Counted from the first letter of the stretch, positions 41,474 through 52,157 are shown. The stretch: 64,000 nt of DNA from Microcoleus sp. (GCA_052279835.1 CP181291.1:928001-992000), one strand, 5' to 3'. Program-made: numbers and translations. The notes: generated by a model not told the origin, from the sequence alone.

Positions 41474-44400
41474 ATGGAAGCTAAATCTTACAAAGACACA
41501 GTAAACCTGCCCCAAACCAAGTTTGAAATGCGCGCCAACGCCGTCAAACGGGAACCAGAATTGCAACAATTTTGGGCAGATGAACACATCTACGATCGCC
41601 TTTCGGAAAATAATCCGGGCGACTTGTTCATCCTCCACGACGGCCCACCCTACGCCAACGGCCAACTCCACATCGGCCACGCCCTCAACAAAATCCTCAA
41701 AGATTTCATCAATCGCTACCAGATGCTGTGTGGCAAAAAAGTCCGCTATGTTCCCGGTTGGGATTGTCACGGATTGCCGATCGAACTTAAAGTATTGCAA
41801 GATCTAAAATCGGCAGAAAGACTCAATCTTACCCCGATCGAACTCCGTCGCAAAGCCGCCGCCTTCGCCCAGCAAGCCGTCGAACAGCAACGCGCCTCCT
41901 TCAAAACTTACGGCGTTTGGGGCGACTGGGCCCATCCCTATTTAACCCTGAAGCCGGAATACGAAGCCGCCCAAATCGGCGTATTCGGTGAAATGGTGCT
42001 CAAAGGCTACATCTATCGTGGCTTCAAACCGGTTCACTGGAGTCCAAGTTCCAAAACTGCCCTCGCCGAAGCTGAATTAGAATATCCCGAAGGCCACACA
42101 TCGCGCAGCATCTACGTCGGCTTTCATGTGAGAAAATTGTCAAAAATTTTGCAATCGAAGCTCAAGCGCTATATGCCGAGCCTCTGGGCAGCGATTTGGA
42201 CAACTACCCCCTGGACAATTCCCGCCAACTTGGCGATCGCCGTCAATCCCGAATTGGATTACGCGGTGGTGGAACCATCTGGAAATTCCCACATCGCCCA
42301 ACAATTCATGTTAGTTGCTGTCGATGCAGTCGATCGACTATCGGCAACTCTGAACACAGACTTAAAAATACTGGCGATCGTTAAAGGTAAAGAATTAGAA
42401 GGCTGTACTTACAAACATCCTTTGTTCGATCGCGAAAGCCCGATCGTAGCTGGCGGCGATTACATTACCGCTGATTCTGGGACGGGATTGGTACACACCG
42501 CACCGGGCCACGGACAAGAAGACTTTATCGTCGGAAAACGCTGCGGCTTACCAGTTTTGACTCCCGTAGATGAAAACGGAAATTTCACCGCGGAAGCCGG
42601 AGTATTCGCAGGTCTAAATGTCCTCGGAAATGGCAATAGCGCAGTCATTGATGCTCTTTCCGAAGCAAATGCTTTGATTAAAGAGGAAAGTTACGCTCAC
42701 TCCTATCCTTACGATTGGCGCACTAAGAAGCCAACTATTTTTAGGGCGACGGAACAATGGTTTGCTTCGGTGGAAGGGTTCCGTGATGAAGCGTTAAAAG
42801 CCATTTCTAATGTGAATTGGATTCCCGCCCAAGGTGAAAATCGGATTACTGCAATGGTAGGCGATCGATCGGATTGGTGCATCTCCCGCCAGCGGACTTG
42901 GGGCGTTCCGATTCCGGTATTCTACGATGAAGAAACTAACGAACCCCTGTTAAACGAAGAAACGATCGCTCACGTCCAAGCAATTATTGCTGACAAGGGT
43001 TCTGATGCTTGGTGGGAAATGTCGATCGCCGAATTACTGCCGGAATCTTACCGCAATAACGGCCGCACTTACCGCAAAGGCACTGACACGATGGATGTGT
43101 GGTTTGACTCCGGTTCTTCCTGGGCCGCAGTGGCTAAAGGGCGATCGGAATTGAACTATCCTGCTGATATGTATTTGGAAGGTTCAGACCAACATCGCGG
43201 TTGGTTTCAATCCAGCTTACTTACTAGCGTAGCAACCAACGGCGTCGCTCCTTACAAAACAGTTTTGACTCACGGTTTTGTGCTGGATGAAAAAGGCCGC
43301 AAGATGAGCAAATCTGAAGGAAATGTTGTCGATCCAGCCTTGGTAATTAAGGAATATGGAGCCGATGTTTTGCGGTTGTGGGTGTCTTCGGTAGACTACT
43401 CGGCAGATGTGCCTTTGGGCAAAAACATTCTCAAACAGCAGTCGGATGTTTACCGCAAAATTCGCAATACAGCTAAGTTTTTGCTGGGGAATTTGCACGA
43501 CTTCGACCCCGCAAAAGATGCTGTCCCTTACGCGGAATTGCCGGAACTCGATCGCTATATGTTGCACAGAATGGGCGAAGTATTTGCGGAAGTAAAGGAT
43601 GCTTTTGATAGTTTCCAATTTTCTCGGTTTTTCCAAACAGTGCAGAATTTCTGCACCGTAGACTTGTCGAGTTTTTATCTGGATATTGCCAAGGATAGAC
43701 TTTACATCAGCGCTACAGATGCTCACCGCCGCCGGAGTTGTCAGACGGTGATTGCGATCGCTGTGGAGAATTTAGCAAAGGCGATCGCACCTGTGTTGTG
43801 TCACATGGCTGAGGATATTTGGCAATATATTCCCTATCCCACACCATACAAATCAGTGTTTGAATCGGGTTGGGTAGAATTGGATGCTTCATGGCACAAT
43901 CCAGAATTGGCGACTCGTTGGCAATATTTGCGGCAAGTGCGGGGAGAAGTTAACAAGGTTTTGGAAAAAGCTCGGATGGAGAAGGCGATCGGTTCTTCTT
44001 TGGAAGCTAAGGTTTTATTGTATGTTCCTGATGTTGAAAAAAGAGAGCAGTTACAAGCTTTGAATCCTAGTAGTGAGGAATTGCTGGAGTTTGTGCGATC
44101 GCAAAATTCAATTATCGAGTTAGCAGCAGCGGAAAAAGCTAAAGCAGTACAAGATCTACAGGAAGAACAAGCAGCAAATGTTGCCAAGGTCTTGACAGAA
44201 ACGACAATTCATGTAGAGGAGGAAACCATCGCAGAGGGCGATCGGCCTTCAGAAGTCATCGAATATTCTGCCGTTGAACCCTCGGTTCCCGATGCACAGC
44301 CAATCTTCGAGCGAGTTGCTCAGTTTGTAGCAGATTTACCTACCTACCTGGGCAATTTCTTCACAGAATATCAAAAGGTTTTGGTAACAGTTGGCTTGTT

Positions 44401-45064
44401 GGCCTCACTTTTGGTAACTGGTAAAGTAACCCTGGGAATCTTGGATACGATGAATCAAATTCCCATGCTGGCGGGACTGTTGGAAATCATCGGTATCCTA
44501 TTCACAATTTGGTTTGCTTTCCGTCATTTGTTGTTCGCAGCTAGCCGTCAAGAACTGGCAGAAAACATTGAGTTGCTGACAGCAGAGGTGCTGGGCAAGA
44601 CCAGCGCGATTGTGATTGCCGAAACCCAGGCGATCGTACTCACACCCCCAGTAGAAACAGCGATTGTAGCAGTACCTGAAATCCCGCAAATGGTACTGGC
44701 GAATTCTGTCGAACCACTGATGGTAGAAGTACCTGAAATCCAGACAACTGAATTAATTAAAGTCGAACCAAAATTAGAAACACCGGCCCAAATACCTGTA
44801 ATTTCTAATTTAGTAATGACCGGCAACGGTGTAGACGAATTGCGCTATTTGTTCATTACTTCGGAAGTGGAACTAATAGAATCAAATCAGGTTCTGCAAG
44901 AGTTGCCTTACAACTTCCAGTCTCCTGATTTGGCGATTGGTGTAGTCAAAGCAGATGGCGAAAAGTGCGATCGTTGCTGGAATTATTCTACTCACGTCGG
45001 GGAGTCGATCGAACATCCGCTAATTTGCGAACGCTGTGTCTGTGCAGTAGCTGGAGAATTCTAA
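41474..45064 (+). CDS. ileS: Isoleucine-tRNA ligase with inserted CAAD membrane-anchoring domain
   Basis: [36 protein letters not shown]-terminal KCDRCW..ICERC zinc finger; about 250-aa insertion with two TM helices; true start MEAKSYKDT at 41474. Confidence 0.96.
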   Translation: MEAKSYKDTVNLPQTKFEMRANAVKREPELQQFWADEHIYDRLSENNPGDLFILHDGPPYANGQLHIGHALNKILKDFINRYQMLCGKKVRYVPGWDCHGLPIELKVLQDLKSAERLNLTPIELRRKAAAFAQQAVEQQRASFKTYGVWGDWAHPYLTLKPEYEAAQIGVFGEMVLKGYIYRGFKPVHWSPSSKTALAEAELEYPEGHTSRSIYVGFHVRKLSKILQSKLKRYMPSLWAAIWTTTPWTIPANLAIAVNPELDYAVVEPSGNSHIAQQFMLVAVDAVDRLSATLNTDLKILAIVKGKELEGCTYKHPLFDRESPIVAGGDYITADSGTGLVHTAPGHGQEDFIVGKRCGLPVLTPVDENGNFTAEAGVFAGLNVLGNGNSAVIDALSEANALIKEESYAHSYPYDWRTKKPTIFRATEQWFASVEGFRDEALKAISNVNWIPAQGENRITAMVGDRSDWCISRQRTWGVPIPVFYDEETNEPLLNEETIAHVQAIIADKGSDAWWEMSIAELLPESYRNNGRTYRKGTDTMDVWFDSGSSWAAVAKGRSELNYPADMYLEGSDQHRGWFQSSLLTSVATNGVAPYKTVLTHGFVLDEKGRKMSKSEGNVVDPALVIKEYGADVLRLWVSSVDYSADVPLGKNILKQQSDVYRKIRNTAKFLLGNLHDFDPAKDAVPYAELPELDRYMLHRMGEVFAEVKDAFDSFQFSRFFQTVQNFCTVDLSSFYLDIAKDRLYISATDAHRRRSCQTVIAIAVENLAKAIAPVLCHMAEDIWQYIPYPTPYKSVFESGWVELDASWHNPELATRWQYLRQVRGEVNKVLEKARMEKAIGSSLEAKVLLYVPDVEKREQLQALNPSSEELLEFVRSQNSIIELAAAEKAKAVQDLQEEQAANVAKVLTETTIHVEEETIAEGDRPSEVIEYSAVEPSVPDAQPIFERVAQFVADLPTYLGNFFTEYQKVLVTVGLLASLLVTGKVTLGILDTMNQIPMLAGLLEIIGILFTIWFAFRHLLFAASRQELAENIELLTAEVLGKTSAIVIAETQAIVLTPPVETAIVAVPEIPQMVLANSVEPLMVEVPEIQTTELIKVEPKLETPAQIPVISNLVMTGNGVDELRYLFITSEVELIESNQVLQELPYNFQSPDLAIGVVKADGEKCDRCWNYSTHVGESIEHPLICERCVCAVAGEF

Positions 45065-45945
45065 GTACAAGAATCAATCTCTAAGATTTGTCTGCCAATC
45101 CATTCGGCAATTCCTGGGACAACGGCATTACCAAGGAGTCTCCCTCGGCGACTGTCCATCCTGGAGGAAATCCCATCAGCCTTTCCCATTCTGTCCAAGT
45201 CAAGTTTCTCGCCACAGAGTATTGGTCTGTCAGAATGGCCTCCTTGATGTCCTCCCGTTTGGGCGCGTAACGTGGGGCAGACGCTTTTTGCCAAGGTATA
45301 CCCGAAGCCACCGCGACGTTGTACCACAAGCGGAGTGTCTCCGATAATGCCTTCACAAACACTCGATCGAGTTTCCTTCTCCCTCGATTTTCGCGCCGCA
45401 GAATCCCCAGACAATTCGCCGCTGTCAGTAAAGATTCTACAGGCACGTTTCGATCTAAAACTGGCAATAAAGAACACTCTGTCTCGGTCGTGAGGTAAGC
45501 CCGTATGTCGAGCGTTACACGATAGCCATCCCCCCAAATACCCGTGCGCTTCCAGCGTGTCGATAACGACCTCAAGAGCGGTTCCTTGCTCTGCCGAGAG
45601 CAGCCCCGGCACATTTTCCAAGACCAACCACGCTGGCTGAACTTCTGCAACAAGTTCCATAAATTTGTAGAAAAGTCCGCTTCTTTCTCCTGCAAGTCCT
45701 TTTCTTTCTGTATTGGCACTGCTGAGGTCTTGGCATGGCCATCCTGCACACCATAAATCAGCGGCAGGGATAGTTGAATGTGTGAGGGTTCTGATGTCTT
45801 CATAAATCGGTACTTGAGGCCAGTGACGTTTTAATATTTGTCGGCAAGTTTTATCTATTTCGCATTGAAATACGACGTTCATTCCAGCTTTTTCAAAGCC
45901 TAAATCGAAACCACCAATACCTGAAAAAAATGACGCAACTCGCAT
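45061..45945 (-). CDS. DNA (cytosine-5) methyltransferase, large (alpha) polypeptide lacking motif IX
   Basis: FSGIGG (I), CEID (II), GWPCQ (IV), ENVPG (VI), RDRVF (VIII), GNAV (X). Confidence 0.9.
   Translation of the reverse strand: MRVASFFSGIGGFDLGFEKAGMNVVFQCEIDKTCRQILKRHWPQVPIYEDIRTLTHSTIPAADLWCAGWPCQDLSSANTERKGLAGERSGLFYKFMELVAEVQPAWLVLENVPGLLSAEQGTALEVVIDTLEAHGYLGGWLSCNARHTGLPHDRDRVFFIASFRSKRACRIFTDSGELSGDSAARKSREKETRSSVCEGIIGDTPLVVQRRGGFGYTLAKSVCPTLRAQTGGHQGGHSDRPILCGEKLDLDRMGKADGISSRMDSRRGRLLGNAVVPGIAEWIGRQILEIDSCT
45081..45803 (-). CDS. Putative methyltransferase small (beta) polypeptide in an alternative frame nested within the MTase gene
   Basis: 240-codon stop-free alternative frame ending in [19 protein letters not shown] (C5-MTase motif IX); start codon uncertain. 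Confidence 0.78.
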   Translation of the reverse strand: MKTSEPSHIQLSLPLIYGVQDGHAKTSAVPIQKEKDLQEKEADFSTNLWNLLQKFSQRGWSWKMCRGCSRQSKEPLLRSLSTRWKRTGIWGDGYRVTLDIRAYLTTETECSLLPVLDRNVPVESLLTAANCLGILRRENRGRRKLDRVFVKALSETLRLWYNVAVASGIPWQKASAPRYAPKREDIKEAILTDQYSVARNLTWTEWERLMGFPPGWTVAEGDSLVMPLSQELPNGLADKS

Positions 45946-45986
45946 TTTAATTATAGTTCTTTATTTACACAGCTTGTAGACTTAAT

Positions 45987-46019
45987 CAGTTGTGTAGACG
46001 AAAATCGTCTACACAACTG
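45987..46019. promoter_or_regulatory. Perfect 15-bp inverted repeat between the divergent MTase and Xre genes (operator candidate)
   Basis: CAGTTGTGTAGACGA-AAA-TCGTCTACACAACTG. Confidence 0.7.
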
Positions 46020-46070
46020 CTACACCACAAGATATCATCCTCAATCGTAGTTTAAAAACATCGTTATCAG

Positions 46071-46316
46071 ATGGGCGAAGCTAATATTAGCGGATCGCGA
46101 ATCAAGCAGGCTCGTGAAAAACTCGGATGGGGGCAGAGCGACCTAGCCGCAGCAATCGATGTAGACTTTCACATTAAGCTGGATCAGTCTGACATTTCAG
46201 AGATAGAGCGTCAGAAGCGTGGTGTTAAAGATTTTGAGCTAGATGCGATCGCGCGTCTGCTGCAAGTCACTCCAGAGTGGCTTTTGCGCGGAGATGAGGC
46301 AAACTCCCATGAGTGA
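46071..46316 (+). CDS. Xre/Cro HTH regulator (R-M controller-like)
   Basis: GSRIKQAREKLGWGQSDLA...ISEIER..R...LDAIARLLQVTPEWLL. Confidence 0.88.
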   Translation: MGEANISGSRIKQAREKLGWGQSDLAAAIDVDFHIKLDQSDISEIERQKRGVKDFELDAIARLLQVTPEWLLRGDEANSHE

Positions 46317-47010
46317 TATGGGAGCAAACCGCGAACAGTGGATCGGAGAAGCTTGCGCTGGCTTTGCAAGCACCAAGCCAGCCAATATAAATTATTACAG
46401 ATTAATCTTAGAGACGCTTTGGCCTCCCGGTCACAGCATTCCAGGGCCAGTAGTTCCCTTATCCCATTTACGTCAAGTTATTAACAATTTTAGAGGAGAA
46501 CCTTACGCAGATACCCCTAGACGCATACGAGAGTTGCAAGGGGAAGAAGGATTTTTGGGAATAGTTAGATTCGGTAGTGGTAGCAAAACAAGATATCAGC
46601 TACTCAGCATAGAAATCAGTCCAAAACGCGAACAGAGAATCAAACTCAGTGAGGCTTTTTGGCGGAAAGTTTTAATTAAATATCAATACCGTTGTGCAGT
46701 ATGTGGCAGAGAACCGCCTATTGTCAGATTAGATCGAGACCATAAAATTCCGCGCTTGAGAGGAGGGGGGAATCAAGAGGATAATTGGCAACCGCTATGT
46801 GCAGAATGCAATAACTTTAAAAGCACAGCCTGTCGAGGATGCCAACTTGAGTGCACACAATGCGCCTGGGCGTTTCCTGAAAGTTTTGCCCCCATTAAAA
46901 TATCGGCTTCTGACATCCAAAGAATTAAGGCACTTGCTATTCAACAAGAAATCAACTCAGAGGCTTTGTTAAGGCAAATAATTGAAGGCTACTTTAACAG
47001 CCAAACTTAA
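46309..47010 (+). CDS. HNH endonuclease (putative restriction endonuclease)
   Basis: CAVCG...DHKIP...GG..NWQPLCAECNNFK plus a second Cys cluster CRGC..CTQCAW; start at 46309 overlaps the Xre stop. Confidence 0.85.
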   Translation: MSDMGANREQWIGEACAGFASTKPANINYYRLILETLWPPGHSIPGPVVPLSHLRQVINNFRGEPYADTPRRIRELQGEEGFLGIVRFGSGSKTRYQLLSIEISPKREQRIKLSEAFWRKVLIKYQYRCAVCGREPPIVRLDRDHKIPRLRGGGNQEDNWQPLCAECNNFKSTACRGCQLECTQCAWAFPESFAPIKISASDIQRIKALAIQQEINSEALLRQIIEGYFNSQT

Positions 47011-47137
47011 TTACCACCCCTTCCTCCCCAAAACACACCCTCTCACCCCCAAGTTATTCCCCTAGATACTGGTGTGCCCACTCAACAGCGCTATCCTAGT
47101 AGTTATAGTCCTTAAACCCGATCGACCCGGAGGCCCA

Positions 47138-48790
47138 GTGTTCAGCCTAGTTCAAACCACTTCTCGCCAAGGAGAAATCCTAGAAGTCGTCTTCCGCAAC
47201 GGTTGGGACTACATGAAAAGCCTCCTCACCGGCCGCAAAACCGACGAACCCAGTCTGCCACCCCCAGCAGTCCTCCGCAACATCCTGATCGAATTAGGTC
47301 CAGTGTTTGTGAAATTGGGACAATTGCTGAGTACCCGTCCCGACCTTTTACCCACCGCCTACCTCGACACCCTCTCCTCCCTGCAAGCCGATGTGCCGCC
47401 CGTACCTTGGTCAGAAGTAGAAGTGATTATTCGCCAGGAACTCAAACTGTCGATCGAAGAAACCTTCTCCAAATTTAACACTCAAGCCGTCGCCGCCGGT
47501 TCGATAGCCCAAACCCACAAAGCCACCTTAAAAGACGGCCGCGAAGTCGCCCTCAAAGTTCAGCGTCCCGGCATTGATATCATCATAGAACGAGATATTG
47601 CCGTCCTCAAAGCCTTAGCAGAACTTGTTTCCCTCACAGACTACGGTCAACAATACGATATCGTCGCCCTAGCCGAAGAATTTGCCACAGCCCTGCGCGC
47701 AGAACTTGATTTCATTCAAGAAGCCAGCTACACAGACGAACTCAAACGCAACCTTTCTAAAAGCCGCTGGTTTGACCCCAAACAAATAGTCGTCCCAGAA
47801 ATTCAGTGGAAATTAACCACCAAAAAACTATTAGTAATGGAGTGGCTAGACGGCGTACCAATTTTGTTAGGTGATTTGCAAGGACTTCGCCACAACGGCG
47901 ATGCAGATGCCGAACGCGAAGAAATTACCACCCTGCTTTGCCGCGCTTTCTTTCAGCAGTTATATATCGACGGATTTTTTCACGCCGATCCACATCCGGG
48001 CAACTTATTTTACCTCAAAGATGGACGCATAGCCCTGCTAGACTGCGGCATGGTTGGTCGATTAGATCCGCGCACTCAACAGAGTTTGACAGAACTGTTA
48101 CTGGCAATTGTGGATTTAGACTCTCAACGCTGCACTCAATTAACATTACAAATGGCAGAATTTGCTCAGCCTACTAGCTTAGCCAATCTAGAGAATGATT
48201 TGGCGAGAATGCTGCGTAAGTATTACAATGTCAGCCTGTCGCAAATGAACTTGTCGGAGATATTTTATGAAATGCTGGCCATCACCCGCAAAAATAAAAT
48301 CCGACTGCCTAGCAACCTCGGTTTATATGCCAAAACTCTCGCTAATTTAGAAGGTCTAGCGCGCGCTTTCAATCCTCGATTCAACATTGTAGAACAGGTG
48401 AAGCCGCTGATGACCGATCTATTTCGGCGTCAGTTATTCGGAGAAGATCCGGTGCAAGCTTTGCTCAGAACAGCGCTGGATCTGAAAAGTTTGTCTCTGC
48501 AATCTCCCCGCCAATTAGAAGTGCTTTTAGACCGAGTTACTTCGGAAAGTTTGAAGTGGAATTTGACTGTGAAAGAAATCGATCCTCTGCGCCGCACTTT
48601 GGGGGATTCTGCAAACCGACTTTCTTTTAGTATTGTTGTGGGTTCGCTGATTGTAGGAGCGGCAATTATTTCATCTAATTCTCAAACTGCTCAACTATCT
48701 TTTTTGAGCAATGGTTTGTTTGCAGCGGCGAGTTTTTTGGGTTTGTGGTTAATTATTAGTATTCTGCGATCGGGTCGTTTGCGGGGGTAA
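47138..48790 (+). CDS. ABC1/AarF/UbiB family atypical kinase
   Basis: ELGPVFVKLGQLLSTRPDLL, AAGSIAQ, VALKVQRP, FFHADPHPGN, LDCGMVG, C-terminal TM helices. Confidence 0.93.
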   Translation: MFSLVQTTSRQGEILEVVFRNGWDYMKSLLTGRKTDEPSLPPPAVLRNILIELGPVFVKLGQLLSTRPDLLPTAYLDTLSSLQADVPPVPWSEVEVIIRQELKLSIEETFSKFNTQAVAAGSIAQTHKATLKDGREVALKVQRPGIDIIIERDIAVLKALAELVSLTDYGQQYDIVALAEEFATALRAELDFIQEASYTDELKRNLSKSRWFDPKQIVVPEIQWKLTTKKLLVMEWLDGVPILLGDLQGLRHNGDADAEREEITTLLCRAFFQQLYIDGFFHADPHPGNLFYLKDGRIALLDCGMVGRLDPRTQQSLTELLLAIVDLDSQRCTQLTLQMAEFAQPTSLANLENDLARMLRKYYNVSLSQMNLSEIFYEMLAITRKNKIRLPSNLGLYAKTLANLEGLARAFNPRFNIVEQVKPLMTDLFRRQLFGEDPVQALLRTALDLKSLSLQSPRQLEVLLDRVTSESLKWNLTVKEIDPLRRTLGDSANRLSFSIVVGSLIVGAAIISSNSQTAQLSFLSNGLFAAASFLGLWLIISILRSGRLRG

Positions 48791-48856
48791 AAACAGTTCA
48801 CAAAAATTTACATCTCACGATTTAGTGGCCTAGGAGGATATAGGGCATTGCCACAA

Positions 48857-48958
48857 CTCGCTTGACTGACGCTGAGATACGGTAAAACTGCCAAAGGTAG
48901 CAGAACGTCGATGAAGCGTCAAGAATCACCGGACCTGAAAGGGGGGTGAGTATGTCAA
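48857..48958 (+). mobile_element. Orphan IS200/IS605 right end / TnpB omegaRNA-like remnant
   Basis: ...GATGAAGCGTCAAGAATCACCGGACCTGAAAGGGGGGTGAGTATGTCAA: subterminal hairpin ending in TCAA, like cyanobacterial IS605-group right ends. Confidence 0.65.
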
Positions 48959-49163
48959 TGACGTAACCTAACCAGGTTGTTTTCTGGTGCTGTTTTTAAT
49001 ATGGAACTACCGATCGCAGCTTGTGTATCGGTAGGGTATACTTAGATGTGCCGATAGGTATTGTAAAACTTCATTGAGTTTATAAGCAATTATAAACAAT
49101 AATGGTATTATGTTGTGAGTGTTGAATAAGGAATACGCACAGCCTGAAGAACGGAAATCTCAA

Positions 49164-50459
49164 ATGCAGTTAACAGAGAGGCACATCATTAAATCCACGG
49201 AACATCGTTTCGCCCAAATTGACGAACTAGCCTTTAAATCCAAAAACCTCTACAATGCCGCCAATTACGTCATTCGTCAGAACTTTATTTATGGATGGGG
49301 CTATGTCAATTACAACGAAATGAACCGATTGATGAAATCTCATGAAGCCTACAAGGCTTTGCCTGCTAAAGTAAGTCAGCAAATCTTAATGGTTTTAGAC
49401 AAGAATTGGAAATCGTTTTTTGAAGCCGTTAAAGCTTACAAAGCTGACTCTTCAAAATTCACTGGCAGCCCAAAATTGCCAAAGTACAAAGACAAAACCA
49501 AAGGGCGAAACCTTCTCGTTTACACGATTCAAGCAATTAGTAGCAAACACTTAAAGAAAGGAATTATCAAACTTTCCGGCACTAAGCTTTCAATTAAAAC
49601 CCAACTCAATCCCAACCAGATTTGTCAAGTTAGACTGGTTCCGAAATGTGATTCCTATGTAATTGAGGTGATTTATGATGAACCGGAGTCCACCATCAGC
49701 AATGCCAATTCTGTAGCTAGTATTGATTTGGGGCTGGATAATTTAGTGGCGTTAACTTCAAATCAGCCGGGTTTTACCCCTTTGTTGATTAACGGGCGAC
49801 CATTAAAATCGATTAATCAGTTCTACAACAAGCGCAAAGCGCGATTGCAATCCCAATTGAAAGGGAGTCGCAAAACCTCACCCCGACTTCAACGCTTAAC
49901 TCGCTGTCGCAATCAAAAAGTAGATAATTACTTACATCATGCTAGTCGTGTGATTGTTGACCATTTGGTAGCGAAGCAAATTGGGACATTGGTGGTTGGG
50001 AAAAATGCACAGTGGAAAACAGAAATCGAGTTAGGTAAGCAAACCAACCAAAATTTTGTCACTATTCCTCACTCTCGATTAATTGAGATGTTAGAATACA
50101 AAGCTCGCTTGGTGGGAATCACAGTAATTGTGCAGGAAGAATCCTATAGTTCACGGGCCAACTTTCTGTGTTTAGACCCAATTCCTGTTTACGGAAAAAC
50201 TGATAAAGAGCCTGTGTTCACTGGCAAGCGGATTAAAAGAGGTTTGTACAAGACATCGGTCGGTCAATTAATTAATTCCGATGTCAACGGGTCTTACAAT
50301 ATCCTCAGAAAAGCAATCCCAAATGCGTTCAGCGATGGGATAGGTCGTGGGCGTAGTTCAGCCAAGGCGGGTCAATCCGCTCGAAGTAAAAGCGAAGGGG
50401 GAGGGACTCAACGCCTCCTTAGTCATGTCATAAATGCCTATACTTTTACCAGCTATTGA
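49164..50459 (+). CDS. tnpB: RNA-guided endonuclease TnpB (IS200/IS605, IS1341-like, no adjacent tnpA)
   Basis: SKNLYNAANY, PKLPKY, RuvC-I SIDLG, VGKN..WK, QEESYSS, RIKRGLY, RuvC-III INSDVNGS.NILRK. Confidence 0.92.
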   Translation: MQLTERHIIKSTEHRFAQIDELAFKSKNLYNAANYVIRQNFIYGWGYVNYNEMNRLMKSHEAYKALPAKVSQQILMVLDKNWKSFFEAVKAYKADSSKFTGSPKLPKYKDKTKGRNLLVYTIQAISSKHLKKGIIKLSGTKLSIKTQLNPNQICQVRLVPKCDSYVIEVIYDEPESTISNANSVASIDLGLDNLVALTSNQPGFTPLLINGRPLKSINQFYNKRKARLQSQLKGSRKTSPRLQRLTRCRNQKVDNYLHHASRVIVDHLVAKQIGTLVVGKNAQWKTEIELGKQTNQNFVTIPHSRLIEMLEYKARLVGITVIVQEESYSSRANFLCLDPIPVYGKTDKEPVFTGKRIKRGLYKTSVGQLINSDVNGSYNILRKAIPNAFSDGIGRGRSSAKAGQSARSKSEGGGTQRLLSHVINAYTFTSY

Positions 50460-50509
50460 CAGGGAAGCATAAGTAACCATATACAACTCATTACCCTTAG
50501 AAACACGAC

Positions 50510-51256
50510 ATGAAAAAACTAATTTTACTGACTGGGATGCTACTGATGATGATGGTAAAAACAGCCTTTGCCAGCCCCGTAGCTCCAAAGCTTGAAACCA
50601 TCGATCCGATAGCAACCTCGGAAATTCGAGAAACCATTGAGAAACCGAGCAACGATGTCGCAGCCCCACAAATTGAACCCATCAAGCCGATGTCAACATC
50701 GGAAATCCGAGAGACCATCAAAAAATCCACCACTTATATTTTTGAAGGCATCAAAGGACGAGAACTCACACTTTCCCTATGGGCTGGAGAACTGAGCGCC
50801 GAACTCTACACTCCCAGTGGCGAAAATTTGGGAACCCTTGACAAAAGAGATAATCAATGGGTAGGGAAGTTACCGGAGTCGGGCATCTACCGCGTCCGAG
50901 CCATCCCTAAAGGCGAAACCAGTAGTTTTGTATTGGAACGTGACTTTAGTGCCAAGTGGACTTATCGCCCCGATCGCGTAATTCCCATAGCCTTCGGAGA
51001 AAAAGAAGGTAAAATTAAACTGAAAATGTCCGGCTACCAAATCCAGCCCCTGACAATTCAGGGGAAACGCGGACAGACAATGAGAGTCACTGCGAGCAAC
51101 AAAAATCTAGATGTGGCGATCGAATCTCCGTCAGGAACACTCCTCGATCAAGGGGAAGGTCAAACTTTCGCTCAACTGCCAGAATCGGGAATTTACCGAG
51201 TCCTCGTCGTTGCCAACAGACCAATCAAGCCTGCAATCAAAGTTTCTCTGCAATAG
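50510..51256 (+). CDS. Secreted protein with two PPC-like beta-sandwich repeats
   Basis: Signal peptide ending AFA; duplicated P.(A/S)TSEIRETI and duplicated LPESGIYRV. Confidence 0.7.
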   Translation: MKKLILLTGMLLMMMVKTAFASPVAPKLETIDPIATSEIRETIEKPSNDVAAPQIEPIKPMSTSEIRETIKKSTTYIFEGIKGRELTLSLWAGELSAELYTPSGENLGTLDKRDNQWVGKLPESGIYRVRAIPKGETSSFVLERDFSAKWTYRPDRVIPIAFGEKEGKIKLKMSGYQIQPLTIQGKRGQTMRVTASNKNLDVAIESPSGTLLDQGEGQTFAQLPESGIYRVLVVANRPIKPAIKVSLQ

Positions 51257-51324
51257 TCTCAATTGCCAGAGAAAAAATTGCCAAAATACTATTTTATTTC
51301 TCGCATTTGCCACCAAAAAATACC

Positions 51325-51351
51325 AAAGCTCGCCTAGGGGCGAGTTTTTTT
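51325..51351 (+). terminator. Rho-independent terminator
   Basis: GCTCGCC-TAGG-GGCGAGT followed by a T-tract. Confidence 0.7.
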
Positions 51352-51448
51352 ATGTCATAATATAAATTAATACTTAATCCTGGTTTCTTAATAATTAAAT
51401 AGATTTAGATACATAATAAATAAGTAGTGAATGCGGATAAAAACCACC

Positions 51449-52132
51449 ATGCCTGCAAACCAGTCAGACATAGATATTGCCCCCTCGATCGACTACGGCC
51501 TAATCGACCCGACAGCCACGCCAGACCAAGTAGAAAACTGTTGCCAACAAGCAGAGAGATTTGGCTTTGTCACAGTGTGCGTGTATCCATGCTACGTCCG
51601 AAAAGCTGTTGAGCTACTGCACGGAAAACGTCCAAAAGTTTGTACTGTGATCGGTTTTCCTACCGGTGCTTCGACTTCCAGGGTGAAGCTTTACGAAGCC
51701 CTAGAAGCCGCTGACAATGGAGCTGTAGAGTTAGATGTTTCCGTTAACTTAGGATTATTGAAAGCTGGAAAAATTGACGAATTCCATCGGGAATTAGCGG
51801 AGATTTGCGAAGAAACTAATCTCACCATCAAAGCAATTATCGAAAGTTCTCTGCTTTCGGATGCGGAAAAACAATTAGCGGCAGAAATTTGTATGGAGGC
51901 TGGGGCTGCTTACATTAAAACCAACACGGGCTTTTTTGGGGCGGCGACAGTTGATGATGTACGGCTGTTGAAGGAAGTTACGAAGGGGCGGATTGGGATT
52001 AAAGCGGCCGGGGGCATTCGCACTCATGAACAAGCTCTAGATTTGATAATGGCTGGTGCGACTCGTTTGGGGACTTCTCGCGGTCCTGAATTAATCCGCC
52101 AGCGGGATAATTTGAACCAGAGAAATGAATAG
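51449..52132 (+). CDS. deoC: Deoxyribose-phosphate aldolase
   Basis: [41 protein letters not shown]. Confidence 0.93.
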   Translation: MPANQSDIDIAPSIDYGLIDPTATPDQVENCCQQAERFGFVTVCVYPCYVRKAVELLHGKRPKVCTVIGFPTGASTSRVKLYEALEAADNGAVELDVSVNLGLLKAGKIDEFHRELAEICEETNLTIKAIIESSLLSDAEKQLAAEICMEAGAAYIKTNTGFFGAATVDDVRLLKEVTKGRIGIKAAGGIRTHEQALDLIMAGATRLGTSRGPELIRQRDNLNQRNE

Positions 52133-52157
52133 TTAATCGTTAATTGTTATTGGTTAG

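Noticed and set aside
46309..47010. Assigning a recognition sequence to the R-M system (for example YGGCCR by analogy to EcoHK31I)
   Set aside because: Shared architecture does not imply shared specificity, and site avoidance cannot be assessed by eye
49119..50459. Cas12f or other CRISPR effector
   Set aside because: No array or cas1/cas2 nearby; the motifs fit IS-encoded TnpB
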